64,000 nt of DNA from an uncultured bacterium (GTDB lineage Bacteria > Acidobacteriota > Thermoanaerobaculia > Multivoradales > JAHZIX01), in NCBI GenBank assembly GCA_965368975.1, contig CBDUPA010000024.1, forward strand, positions 16,790 to 80,789, in the 5' to 3' direction. Below, one piece after another: positions 25,904 to 34,117 of the stretch (position 1 is its first letter; every line of letters begins with the position of its first letter). The position numbers and the translations under genes were made by a program. A model generated the notes under the pieces. The model saw only the letters and a program-made list of their open reading frames with translations. It had not been told where the DNA came from and did not search any database.

Positions 25904-26579
25904 GGCCGTCTCCGTCATGCTGATCCGACTCGTCGTGCTTATGGGGCAGGAGTCGAGTGGACGGATCGCCGAAGCGGCGGGTGAGGATCTCGCGCAGGGC
26001 CAGGCGGGCACGCAGCAGGCGTACTTTGACGTTGCCCTCGGTGATGCCCAGGATCGATGCGGTCTCCTTGACGCTCAACTCGCGTACGTCGCGCAGCAGG
26101 AAGATGATGCGGTAAGACTCGGGCAACTCGGCGGCGGCCTGTTCGAGGAACGTGCGCACCTGGGAGCGCTGTGCCAGCTCGGACGGGTCCTGGCTCCAGT
26201 CGGCGATGTACTCTGGGTGCGGGATGCTGCCTTCGCTGTTCGGCTCGGTGGCGGCGTCGAGAGAGACGGTGGGCAGTCCCTTGCGCTTGCGGATCACCTT
26301 CAGCGCGGTATGGGTGGTGATACGTGTGATCCAGGTGGCAAAGGAGGCTTCTTCGCGGAAGCCGTCGAGGTGTTCCAGGGCGTTGAGCAAGGCTGTCTGG
26401 ACGGCCTCCTCGGCGTCTGGTGGGTTGCGCAGCAGGGTCATCGCCAGGGCGTACAGCCTGCGCTCGTGACGCCGGACCAGGGTGTCGAAGGCCTCGAAGT
26501 CGCCGGCCTTGGCCTGCTGGACGAGGACTTCGTCGGTCACTTCTGGGGCGGAGGGTGGAGTGGGGGGCGACGTGTTCAT
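25842..26579 (-). CDS. RNA polymerase ECF-family sigma factor (sigma-24-like) with His/Asp-rich C-terminal tail
   Basis: sigma2 (FEAFDTLVRRHERRLYALAMTLL...AEEAVQTALLNALEHLDGF...FATWITRITTHTALKVIRKR) and sigma4 (LPESYRIIFLLRDVRELSVKETASILGITEGNVKVRLLRARLAL). C-terminal HKHDESDQHDGDGHEH. Confidence 0.8.
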   Translation of the reverse strand: MNTSPPTPPSAPEVTDEVLVQQAKAGDFEAFDTLVRRHERRLYALAMTLLRNPPDAEEAVQTALLNALEHLDGFREEASFATWITRITTHTALKVIRKRKGLPTVSLDAATEPNSEGSIPHPEYIADWSQDPSELAQRSQVRTFLEQAAAELPESYRIIFLLRDVRELSVKETASILGITEGNVKVRLLRARLALREILTRRFGDPSTRLLPHKHDESDQHDGDGHEHQQTRSAGLQDPGNNDEV

Positions 26580-26602
26580 GCGCCCCTGAGCCTACCGCAG
26601 CT

Positions 26603-29600
26603 TTACTCCTCATCACCGGCCTCCTCGGGATCGGGTTCGCTCTGTATCTTGGGTGCGGGCATCTCGCGTGCCACCTCGCTCTTCTCGAGCATGGCGTAGA
26701 TCAGCGGCACGACGACCAGCGTCAAGGCGGTCGAGGCCAGGGTGCCGGTCATCAGGGAGATGGCGAGGCCCTGGAAGATGGGGTCGAAGAGGATGACGAA
26801 AGCACCCACGACGACGGTACCGGCCGTCAGCAGGATGGGGCGCAGACGCACGGCGCCGGCTTCGAGCAGGGCGTCGTGGAGGCCGCGGCCGCGGTCGAGG
26901 GCGAGGTGGACGAAATCGATCAGCAGCACGGAGTTGCGCACCATGATGCCGGCCAGGGCGATGAAGCCGATCATCGAGGTGGCGGTGAAGAAGGCGCCGA
27001 ACAGCCAGTGTCCGGGCAGGATACCTACCAGGCTCAGGGGGATGGCGACCATCATGACGACCGGCGTGCGGAAGGAGCCGAACCAGCCGATCAGCAGCAG
27101 GTAGATGAGCACCAGCACCGCGCCGAAGGCGGCGCCGAGGTCGCGGAAGACCTCGTAGGTGATCTGCCACTCGCCGTCCCACTTGAGGCTCGGCTGCTCC
27201 TCGGACAGTGGCTGTGCGGTGTACAGCTGCGCGACCTGCGAGCCGTCCGGTGCGTGCAGCTCTTCGACCTGCTTGGCGAGGTCGAGCATGGCGTAGACCG
27301 GGCTCTCGACCTCCACCGCGACGTCAGCGGTGACGTAGACCACCGGCTGCAGATTCTTGCGGTAGCGGCTGGGCGGTGCCGGGCTGTCGTCAACGGTGAC
27401 CAGGTCGGCCAGTGGCACCAGGGCGCCGGTGCTGGGTGAGGCGATGCGCAGCTGGCGCAGTTGATCGAGACCGGCGCGCTGGGCTCGCGGCAGCTCGAGG
27501 CGTAGCGGCACGGCGGCTGTCTCACGCGGGTCGTGCAGGCTGCCGGCGTCGAGGGCGCCGAAGGCGAGGCTCAGCATGCCGGCGATCTGCGCCGGGCTGA
27601 TGCCGTGCAGCGCCGCCTTCTGACGGTCGACGCCGAAGCGCAGGCGCGGCTGCGGGTCTTCGACCATCCAGTCGACGTCGACCACGCCCGGCGTCTGCTC
27701 GAACAGCTCGCGCACCTGCTCGGCCAGCGCCAGGCGGCTGTCCATGTCGGGGCCGTAGACCTCCGCCACCAGGGTCGACAGCACCGGCGGTCCTGGCGGC
27801 ACCTCGACCACCTTGACGCGGGCGCCGTGCCGTTCGGCGATGGCTTCTAGCGGCGGCCGCAGGCGCTTGGCGATGTCGTGGCTCTGCTCGTCTCGGTGTT
27901 CCTTGTGCACCAGGTTGACCTGGATGTCGGACAGGTTGCTGCCCTGACGCAGGTCGTAGTAGCGCACCAGGCCGTTGAAGTTGATCGGTGCCGCGGTGCC
28001 GGTGTAGAGCTGCAGGTGGGTGACCTCGGGCACGGTGCGCAGGTAGTCGGCCGCCTCGCGGGTCACGCGTGCGGTGGTCTCGAGCGTTGTGCCCTCGGGC
28101 AGGTCGAAGAGGACTTGTAGCTCGCTCTTGTTGTCGAATGGCAGCATCTTGACAGTCACCAGCTGCAGCGGGAAGAGAGCCAGTGACGCCAGCAGCAGCA
28201 GCCCGACGACGCCAAGAGTGGCCCAGCGCAGCAGAGGACGCTCGAGCAGCGGACCGAGGATGCGTCGGTAGAGGCGGTAGGTGCGCGTGTTGCGGATGCC
28301 CGCGCCTTCGTCGGCCTCTCCCTGCAGATGCCCCTCCTCCTGCAGATGACCCGTCGCGCGCAGCAGGCGGTAGCCGAACCACGGTGCGGCGATCAGCGCG
28401 ACGCCGAGCGAGAACAGCATGGCCAGTGAGGCGCCGATCGGCATCGGTCGCATGTACGGGCCCATCAGGCCGCGCACGAAAGCCATCGGCAGCACCGAGC
28501 CGATAACCGTCAGGGTCGCCAGAATGGTCGGGTTGCCGACCTCGTTGACCGCTTCGATGGCGGTGCGCAGGCGGCTCTTGCGGTCGCTGCCGCGCTCCTG
28601 TGCCAGGTGGCGCACGATGTTCTCGACCACGATGATCGAGTCATCGACCACGATGCCGGTGACGAAGACCAGGGCGAAGAGGGTGACACGGTTGAGCGTG
28701 TAGCCGAAGGCGTAGTAGACGAAGAGGGTGAGCGCGAAGGAGATCGGTACCGAGATCAGCACCACCAGCGCGCCGCGCCAGCCGAGGGCGAAGCCAATGA
28801 CGATGGTGACCGCCAGGATGGCGAGCGTCAGGTGCATCAGCAGCTCGTCGGCCTTCTCGGTGGCCGTAGCGCCGTAGTTGCGGCTCACCGTCAGCTCGAC
28901 GCCGGGCGGCAGCAGGTGCGCTTCTAGCACTTCGAGCTTGGCGTTCACCTGGTCGACCACGTGTTGCGCGTCGGCGCCCTGACGCTTGGCCAGGGCCAGG
29001 GTCACGGCCGGATGCGGCACGGAAGCCGCGCCCTCACCCTGGACGGGCACGTGTTCGACGTAGCTAGTCGCGTCGGCCGGACCGTCGAGGATCGTGGCGA
29101 TATCTTGCAGGTAGATGGGCTGGAGCCCTGAGTGGACGCCGACCACCAGCCGGCGCAGTTCGTCGGCATCGGTCAGGAAGGCACCGGTCTCGACCAGCAC
29201 TTCCTGGTTGCCGGACTCGAAGCGACCGGCCGGGCCCCCCGCGTTCTGACGGCGCAGAGCGCTGGCGATCTGCAGGGGGTCGAGGCCGAAGCCCGCCAGG
29301 CGGCTGGCGTCGAGCTGCACGCGGAGGGTGCGGGTCTGGCCGCCGTGCAGGCGAATGTCGGACACGTCCGGCAGCTTGCTCAGCTCCGTCGCCAGCTCGC
29401 TGGCCAGCCGCCGCAGCTGGTAGCCGTCGTAGCTGCTACCACGATAATTGCCTCCACTGTAATCGTCGCCACTGGGGCCATCAACGTCGCTGGCCCACAG
29501 CGTCAGCGTGTAGACGGGGACGTCGTCGATGGTGCGGTGCTTGATCAGTGGTGGCGTGGCGCCGTCCGGCATGCGGTCGAGGCCCGAGGTGACCTTCTCG

Positions 29601-29959
29601 TAGACACGCACCAGCGCGCGCTCGGGGTCGTCGCCGACGTGGAAGCGAGCGGTGACGACGGCGCCGTGCGCGCGCGCCGCCGAGTAGACGTACTCGACGC
29701 CCGGAATCTCCCACAGGCGCTTCTCGAGCGGGATGACCAGCCGGTTCTCGACCTCCTCGGGCGTTGCGCCGGGCAGGCCGAGGTAGAGGTCGACGATCGG
29801 CACCACGATCTGTGGCTCCTCTTCGCGCGGCGTCAGCTCGATGGCGGCGACGCCGAGCAGCAGCGCGGCGAGCACCAGCAGCGGTGTCAACTTGGAGTCG
29901 ATGAAGAAACTGCCCAAGCGGCCCGCGGGGCCCAGGTGAGAGGTGTCAGGATGACGCAC
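26603..29959 (-). CDS. RND-family efflux transporter permease (AcrB/HAE1-like, about 1118 aa)
   Basis: 12-TM RND architecture and the conserved TM4 motif VVDDSIIVVENI. GTG start with RBS AAGGAG 9-10 nt upstream, 6 nt after the MFP stop. Confidence 0.85.
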   Translation of the reverse strand: MRHPDTSHLGPAGRLGSFFIDSKLTPLLVLAALLLGVAAIELTPREEEPQIVVPIVDLYLGLPGATPEEVENRLVIPLEKRLWEIPGVEYVYSAARAHGAVVTARFHVGDDPERALVRVYEKVTSGLDRMPDGATPPLIKHRTIDDVPVYTLTLWASDVDGPSGDDYSGGNYRGSSYDGYQLRRLASELATELSKLPDVSDIRLHGGQTRTLRVQLDASRLAGFGLDPLQIASALRRQNAGGPAGRFESGNQEVLVETGAFLTDADELRRLVVGVHSGLQPIYLQDIATILDGPADATSYVEHVPVQGEGAASVPHPAVTLALAKRQGADAQHVVDQVNAKLEVLEAHLLPPGVELTVSRNYGATATEKADELLMHLTLAILAVTIVIGFALGWRGALVVLISVPISFALTLFVYYAFGYTLNRVTLFALVFVTGIVVDDSIIVVENIVRHLAQERGSDRKSRLRTAIEAVNEVGNPTILATLTVIGSVLPMAFVRGLMGPYMRPMPIGASLAMLFSLGVALIAAPWFGYRLLRATGHLQEEGHLQGEADEGAGIRNTRTYRLYRRILGPLLERPLLRWATLGVVGLLLLASLALFPLQLVTVKMLPFDNKSELQVLFDLPEGTTLETTARVTREAADYLRTVPEVTHLQLYTGTAAPINFNGLVRYYDLRQGSNLSDIQVNLVHKEHRDEQSHDIAKRLRPPLEAIAERHGARVKVVEVPPGPPVLSTLVAEVYGPDMDSRLALAEQVRELFEQTPGVVDVDWMVEDPQPRLRFGVDRQKAALHGISPAQIAGMLSLAFGALDAGSLHDPRETAAVPLRLELPRAQRAGLDQLRQLRIASPSTGALVPLADLVTVDDSPAPPSRYRKNLQPVVYVTADVAVEVESPVYAMLDLAKQVEELHAPDGSQVAQLYTAQPLSEEQPSLKWDGEWQITYEVFRDLGAAFGAVLVLIYLLLIGWFGSFRTPVVMMVAIPLSLVGILPGHWLFGAFFTATSMIGFIALAGIMVRNSVLLIDFVHLALDRGRGLHDALLEAGAVRLRPILLTAGTVVVGAFVILFDPIFQGLAISLMTGTLASTALTLVVVPLIYAMLEKSEVAREMPAPKIQSEPDPEEAGDEE

Positions 29960-29964
29960 GGCGC

Positions 29965-31101
29965 TCAGCTCCTTCCTACCTGTGCCGCCACCGGGAGTTC
30001 CGTGACGGGGGCGCCGTCGGTCAGCGTGGCCGGCGGTGCGACGACATAGTGCTCCCCGGCTTCGAGGCCGGACAGCACCTCGACGCTGCCGTCACGGCTG
30101 CCGCCGATGCGCACCCAGCGCAGGCGGGCGTGCCCGTCCGCGACCACGTAAAGGCCATCGAGTTGCCCGCGGCGCACCAGCGCCGAGGCCGGAACGAACA
30201 AGGCCTGCTGGTCCAGGGTGGTGGCGGCCGGCACCTCGACGCGCACGAACATGCCGGACTTCAGCCGGCCATCGGGATTGGCGACGCGCGCTTGGAGCTG
30301 GAAGGTGCGTGCCCGGCTGTCGGCGGCGGGCAGCAGGCGTTCGAGGGTGGCGTCCAGCGTCAAGCCGAGGGCGTCGACCTCGATCCGCAGCGCCGGCGTC
30401 TCGCTCTCGCGGGTCAGCGCTGCCACGTTCTGTTCCGGAATCTCGGCGACGATCTTGGCTGGATCCATGTCTTCGATCACGAACAACGGTTGACCGGGCG
30501 CCACCATGTCGCCGATCTCGACGTGCTTGGCGCTCACCCAGCCGGCGAAGGGACTGGCGACGCGGGCGTAGCTCAGCGTCACGCGCGCCGCCTCCAGGTT
30601 GGCCTCGGCCTGGGCCACGGCGGCGTCGGCGGTGCGGAAGGCTGCGGTGGCGTCTTCCAGATTCTTCGCCGTCACGGCGCCACGTTCGAGCAGCGTTTGC
30701 ATGCGCTCATGCTGGGCGCGAGCATTCTCGCGCTGCGCCTCGGCCATAGTCACCGCGGCCTCGGCTTGCGCCACCGCGGCACGCAGGTCGCGATCGTCGA
30801 GCCGAACCAGCAACTGGCCGGTGGTCACACGTTCGCCCTCGCGCACGGGGACGGCGGCGGCACGGCCCAGGATCTTGGTGCCGGGCAGGGCTCGCCGTGA
30901 CGGCTGCACGCTGCCGGTCGCGGTGATCGTGCTGGCGACAGCCTGCAGGCTCGCCTCCGCGGTGCGCACCGAGATCGGCTGCGCGGGTGTGCCGGCGGTC
31001 GCGGTCGGGGCTTCGCCGCCGCCACAGCCGGAGAGGCCGAGCAGCAGTACGAGTGCCCCGAGGGCGGGAAGAGTGAAGGTCTTCAGGGTTGGGCGTGTCA
31101 T
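29965..31101 (-). CDS. RND efflux periplasmic adaptor (membrane fusion protein, HlyD family) lipoprotein
   Basis: Start at the ATG at 31101 gives a lipoprotein signal with lipobox (LLLGLSGC), followed by coiled-coil and beta-barrel MFP regions. The ORF start at 31260 is an over-extension into the TolC gene. Confidence 0.8.
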   Translation of the reverse strand: MTRPTLKTFTLPALGALVLLLGLSGCGGGEAPTATAGTPAQPISVRTAEASLQAVASTITATGSVQPSRRALPGTKILGRAAAVPVREGERVTTGQLLVRLDDRDLRAAVAQAEAAVTMAEAQRENARAQHERMQTLLERGAVTAKNLEDATAAFRTADAAVAQAEANLEAARVTLSYARVASPFAGWVSAKHVEIGDMVAPGQPLFVIEDMDPAKIVAEIPEQNVAALTRESETPALRIEVDALGLTLDATLERLLPAADSRARTFQLQARVANPDGRLKSGMFVRVEVPAATTLDQQALFVPASALVRRGQLDGLYVVADGHARLRWVRIGGSRDGSVEVLSGLEAGEHYVVAPPATLTDGAPVTELPVAAQVGRS

Positions 31102-31102
31102 G

Positions 31103-32563
31103 TCATTTTCCTCGGGCCACATGGCTTCGTACCGACTCATCTCGTGCCCCAGATCCTCTAGAAAGCGTGAGGGCCGCTTCGGCCAGCTGCCAGTCGCGGG
31201 AAGCGCGCAGGTACGCAAGGCGGGCGCCGCGCAAGGTGGTCTCGCTTTGCAGCAACTCAACGATGGTGGTCAATCCTTCTTGGTAGCGATCGCGGACGAT
31301 CTGCGCGTTGCGCTCGGCCAGTTGCACGGCACGCCTGGCCTGCGCGTCGCGCCGGATCGCTGCTTCCAGCAGCCGGAATGCCTGTTCGACTTCCAGGTCG
31401 ACGCGCTGCTGCTGCAGGCGCAGCATCTGCTCGGCGCGGTCCACATGGGCGCGCGCCTGTCGTTGCCGCGCCGCTCGTGCGCCACCGTCGAAGGCGGTCC
31501 AGCGCAATCCGACGGCGACGCTCCAGTTCGTGCCGGCATCGTCGAAGCTATCGCTCAGATCTCCGGCATGGCGCTCGTAGCTACCACTCCAACCCAGCTG
31601 CGGCCAATCGTCGCGCTCGGCCCGGTGCAACGCTTGGCGCGCCGCCGCCACTTGCGCCTCGGCGGCGCGCAGGTCGGGGCGCTGCTGCCTCGCCTCGTTG
31701 CGCAGGCCACTCAAGGTCGAGGAGGTGCCGATCGAGGAGGTGCCGATCGACTCCTGAGAAGCGTCCGCCGGATCCGGCAGCGGAGCCAGGGTAGGCGGTT
31801 CCGCCAACTCTAGTGGTGTGTCGAGGTCGCGACCCAACTCCAGGTTGAGTGCCGCTCGTGCCACCGCCAGATCCGCTTCCGCCGCCGCCAGCTCGGCGTC
31901 ACGACGGCTCACCTCCACCGCCGCCTGCAAGGGGTCCGACTCGACCACCAGGCCGCCGTCGAACAGCGCGCGCACCATCTCCTCGTGCCGCCGCGCCGTC
32001 TCGAGGCTCTCCTGCGCCAGTTCCAGGGCCTGCTCGGCCAGACGCAGGCCGGTGTAGCGCTCGGTGACGCGGTAGATCAAAGCATGCCGCGCCCGTTCCT
32101 GCGCCGCGGCGGCCGCGTCGTGCTGGTAGCTCGCGGCCCGAATGCCGGCCTGCAGGCGTCCACCGGTCCAGATCGGCTGGCGCACCGTCAGGCGCTGCAG
32201 GAGGTCGTCGGTGGCCGGCGGCTGGTTGAGGAAGTTCGGGTCGAAGTTGGGTTCGGCGAAGCGCTCCTGGTTGAGCAGACTGCCGAACACCTGCACCGGA
32301 TTCGTCGTCCGTGCCGCACCCGCCTCCAGCTCCACCGTGGGCCACCACGCCGCCTTCGCCTCGTCCACTCCACTCCCGGCCGCCTCGACCGTCGCGGCCC
32401 CGGCGGCCAGATGGGCGTTGTGCTCGATCGCCAGCGCAAGGGCGGCGTCGAGGGTGAGCGGGGCGGTGCCACTGGGCGTCGCAACCGGCTGCGCCGCGAG
32501 GCTTGCTGTGGTGAGCAGAACTGCCAGCAAGAGCAGCAGCAACGGCAGTTCAATGTGTCGAGT
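31103..32563 (-). CDS. TolC-family outer membrane efflux protein
   Basis: Signal peptide (MTRHIELPLLLLLLAVLLTTASLAA) and two repeats of the OEP helix-strand pattern. The stop is 1 nt before the MFP start. Contains an in-frame 15-nt tandem duplication (IGTSSIGTSS). Confidence 0.75.
   Translation of the reverse strand, partial: TRHIELPLLLLLLAVLLTTASLAAQPVATPSGTAPLTLDAALALAIEHNAHLAAGAATVEAAGSGVDEAKAAWWPTVELEAGAARTTNPVQVFGSLLNQERFAEPNFDPNFLNQPPATDDLLQRLTVRQPIWTGGRLQAGIRAASYQHDAAAAAQERARHALIYRVTERYTGLRLAEQALELAQESLETARRHEEMVRALFDGGLVVESDPLQAAVEVSRRDAELAAAEADLAVARAALNLELGRDLDTPLELAEPPTLAPLPDPADASQESIGTSSIGTSSTLSGLRNEARQQRPDLRAAEAQVAAARQALHRAERDDWPQLGWSGSYERHAGDLSDSFDDAGTNWSVAVGLRWTAFDGGARAARQRQARAHVDRAEQMLRLQQQRVDLEVEQAFRLLEAAIRRDAQARRAVQLAERNAQIVRDRYQEGLTTIVELLQSETTLRGARLAYLRASRDWQLAEAALTLSRGSGARDESVRSHVARGK
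31715..31752 (+). repeat. 15-nt tandem duplication inside the TolC gene (tcgaggaggtgccga x2)
   Basis: Seen directly in the sequence. It is in frame and produces a duplicated IGTSS pentapeptide in a predicted loop. Confidence 0.5.
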
Positions 32564-32621
32564 CATTCTCGGAACCTCCATAGCGTTCTCCATGGGCATA
32601 GAGCCGCGGGGAGCTTGGAGG

Positions 32622-33389
32622 TTACAGCTGTAGGTCGACGACCCAAGCCTCCGGCACTGACGCTTGCACTACCTCCCACGCCAGGTTGACCCACCGCACG
32701 GCCATCTTCTGCTGCCCCGGAGCCTCGATCCGTTCGCTCGCCAGGATCGAGCTGTCCAAGATGGCACTATCCGCCGTCGCGATGATCTCGGACGTGCGCT
32801 TGAGCAGGTGGTCGGGGTTGGGTACGAGTTCGACGCTCCACGGCCAGCCGTGTTGTTCAGCGACTTCGAGCATCAGGCCGCGCAAGCGACTGCTGTTGGA
32901 GACGGGGCGGTCGAGGTACCAGGTGGTGTGCCGGCAGCGATTCGTCTCGAGGAAGCGACCGATCAACTCCAGTGCCGGCAGCGTCTGGTGCACGCGGCGG
33001 TAGTGCCCCTGCATGGAGGCCAGATCGCGCGCGGTGCCGTCGAAGGCGTGGAAGACGACCCCACCACCGAGGGCGGATTCGACGGTGAGCAGGACGTTGT
33101 AGCCGTCGACATGCAGGGGCTGGTCACGTAGGGCTTTGGCTTCGACCCGCCGAGCTCGCCGCGACGCCACCGCGTCGGCGGACGCGACGCAGCGCTGCAG
33201 CGCCTGGCGTTGACGTTGCCGCAGGCGGTGGCGGTCGCCCACCAGCTTGAGCGAAGCCCTGGTCGAATAGTCGCGGCTGAGCAGCCAGGCATAGTCGGCT
33301 GCCGCCCGGCGCAATACGCCTAGCTCGGCGTCGGCGAAGTCGTGGGCGTCCTTGGGATGGGCGCCGCGGTTGGTCCTGGTGTCGGGCAT
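32622..33389 (-). CDS. Hypothetical protein with DUF434-like N-region and a PIN/NYN-like (YacP-type) putative nuclease core
   Basis: LKLVGDRHRLRQRQRQ segment followed by LHVDGYNVLLTVESAL, the YacP/NYN-style VDGYNV motif with downstream acidic residues. The assignment is tentative. Confidence 0.45.
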   Translation of the reverse strand: MPDTRTNRGAHPKDAHDFADAELGVLRRAAADYAWLLSRDYSTRASLKLVGDRHRLRQRQRQALQRCVASADAVASRRARRVEAKALRDQPLHVDGYNVLLTVESALGGGVVFHAFDGTARDLASMQGHYRRVHQTLPALELIGRFLETNRCRHTTWYLDRPVSNSSRLRGLMLEVAEQHGWPWSVELVPNPDHLLKRTSEIIATADSAILDSSILASERIEAPGQQKMAVRWVNLAWEVVQASVPEAWVVDLQL

Positions 33390-33410
33390 GAATCCACCGC
33401 AGGCAGGTTT

Positions 33411-34061
33411 CTAGGACTTGTCCTCGCCTACAGCCTCCTGCGCGACGACATTCTGCAAGTCGAAGCGGAAGGGAGTGGCGCTGGCTCCGGGACCGCCACC
33501 GGTCATGACGATGTCGGCGGAGGCGACGCCCAACAGCGAGATCTCGGTGTTGATCGTCGACACGATCGCCGAGTTCAGTACTTCCCCTTCCTGCACTTGC
33601 GATACAACGCCAATGTACAGCGAGCGATTGAACTGGAACACGGCTCGCTGTTGGGGGACGACGTTGGGCCACAGCGCCAGCCTCTTGCCGTCCCGAAAGA
33701 TGTGGGCGTCGATCACTCCCTGTTGCAGGGCATTGAGGATCGCGACCTCGCTGGGCTCGGGAGCCGGGTGCTGGCTGCGTTGCAGGACGGTGCCGGTGGC
33801 GGTTTGCACCATGTCCCACTGCTCGCCGGCGTGGACGTCCATCAGGGGCGTGAAGTTGCCGTAGGCATCGCTGGCGCTGGCCTGGATCTGCATCGGGAAG
33901 GCGAAGGGGTGGAAGTCGCCGATGCCGAGGTTCTGGACGACGCGCCAAGCGATCGGGCTTGGGTCGTTGCTGAGCGCGAGATTCTTCTGAAAGATCACGA
34001 TCTCGACGTCGCCCGAGTCTTGCGACCGGTTGATCAGGTTGAGTTGAGTGGCGGTGTGCAT
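33411..34061 (-). CDS. Hypothetical protein (about 216 aa), two-lobed beta-rich, divergent from a Ser/Thr kinase gene
   Basis: ATG at 34061 with RBS GGAGAG 3 nt upstream (MHTATQLNLINRSQDSGDVEIVIFQ...). The ORF start at 34130 is an over-extension. No family recognised. Confidence 0.4.
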   Translation of the reverse strand: MHTATQLNLINRSQDSGDVEIVIFQKNLALSNDPSPIAWRVVQNLGIGDFHPFAFPMQIQASASDAYGNFTPLMDVHAGEQWDMVQTATGTVLQRSQHPAPEPSEVAILNALQQGVIDAHIFRDGKRLALWPNVVPQQRAVFQFNRSLYIGVVSQVQEGEVLNSAIVSTINTEISLLGVASADIVMTGGGPGASATPFRFDLQNVVAQEAVGEDKS

Positions 34062-34117
34062 GGTCTCTCCTTGTGTTTCCCTACTTCGGGCTCTTGAACG
34101 GTAAGATCTGCGCCAGC

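Noticed and set aside
25821-32689. Numerous 200-400-aa ORFs on the plus strand (for example 26420..27439, 29132..30049, 30599..31813, 31985..32689)
   Set aside because: These are antisense to the sigma / RND / MFP / TolC genes. RND 12-TM and MFP lipoprotein features are clear on the minus strand.
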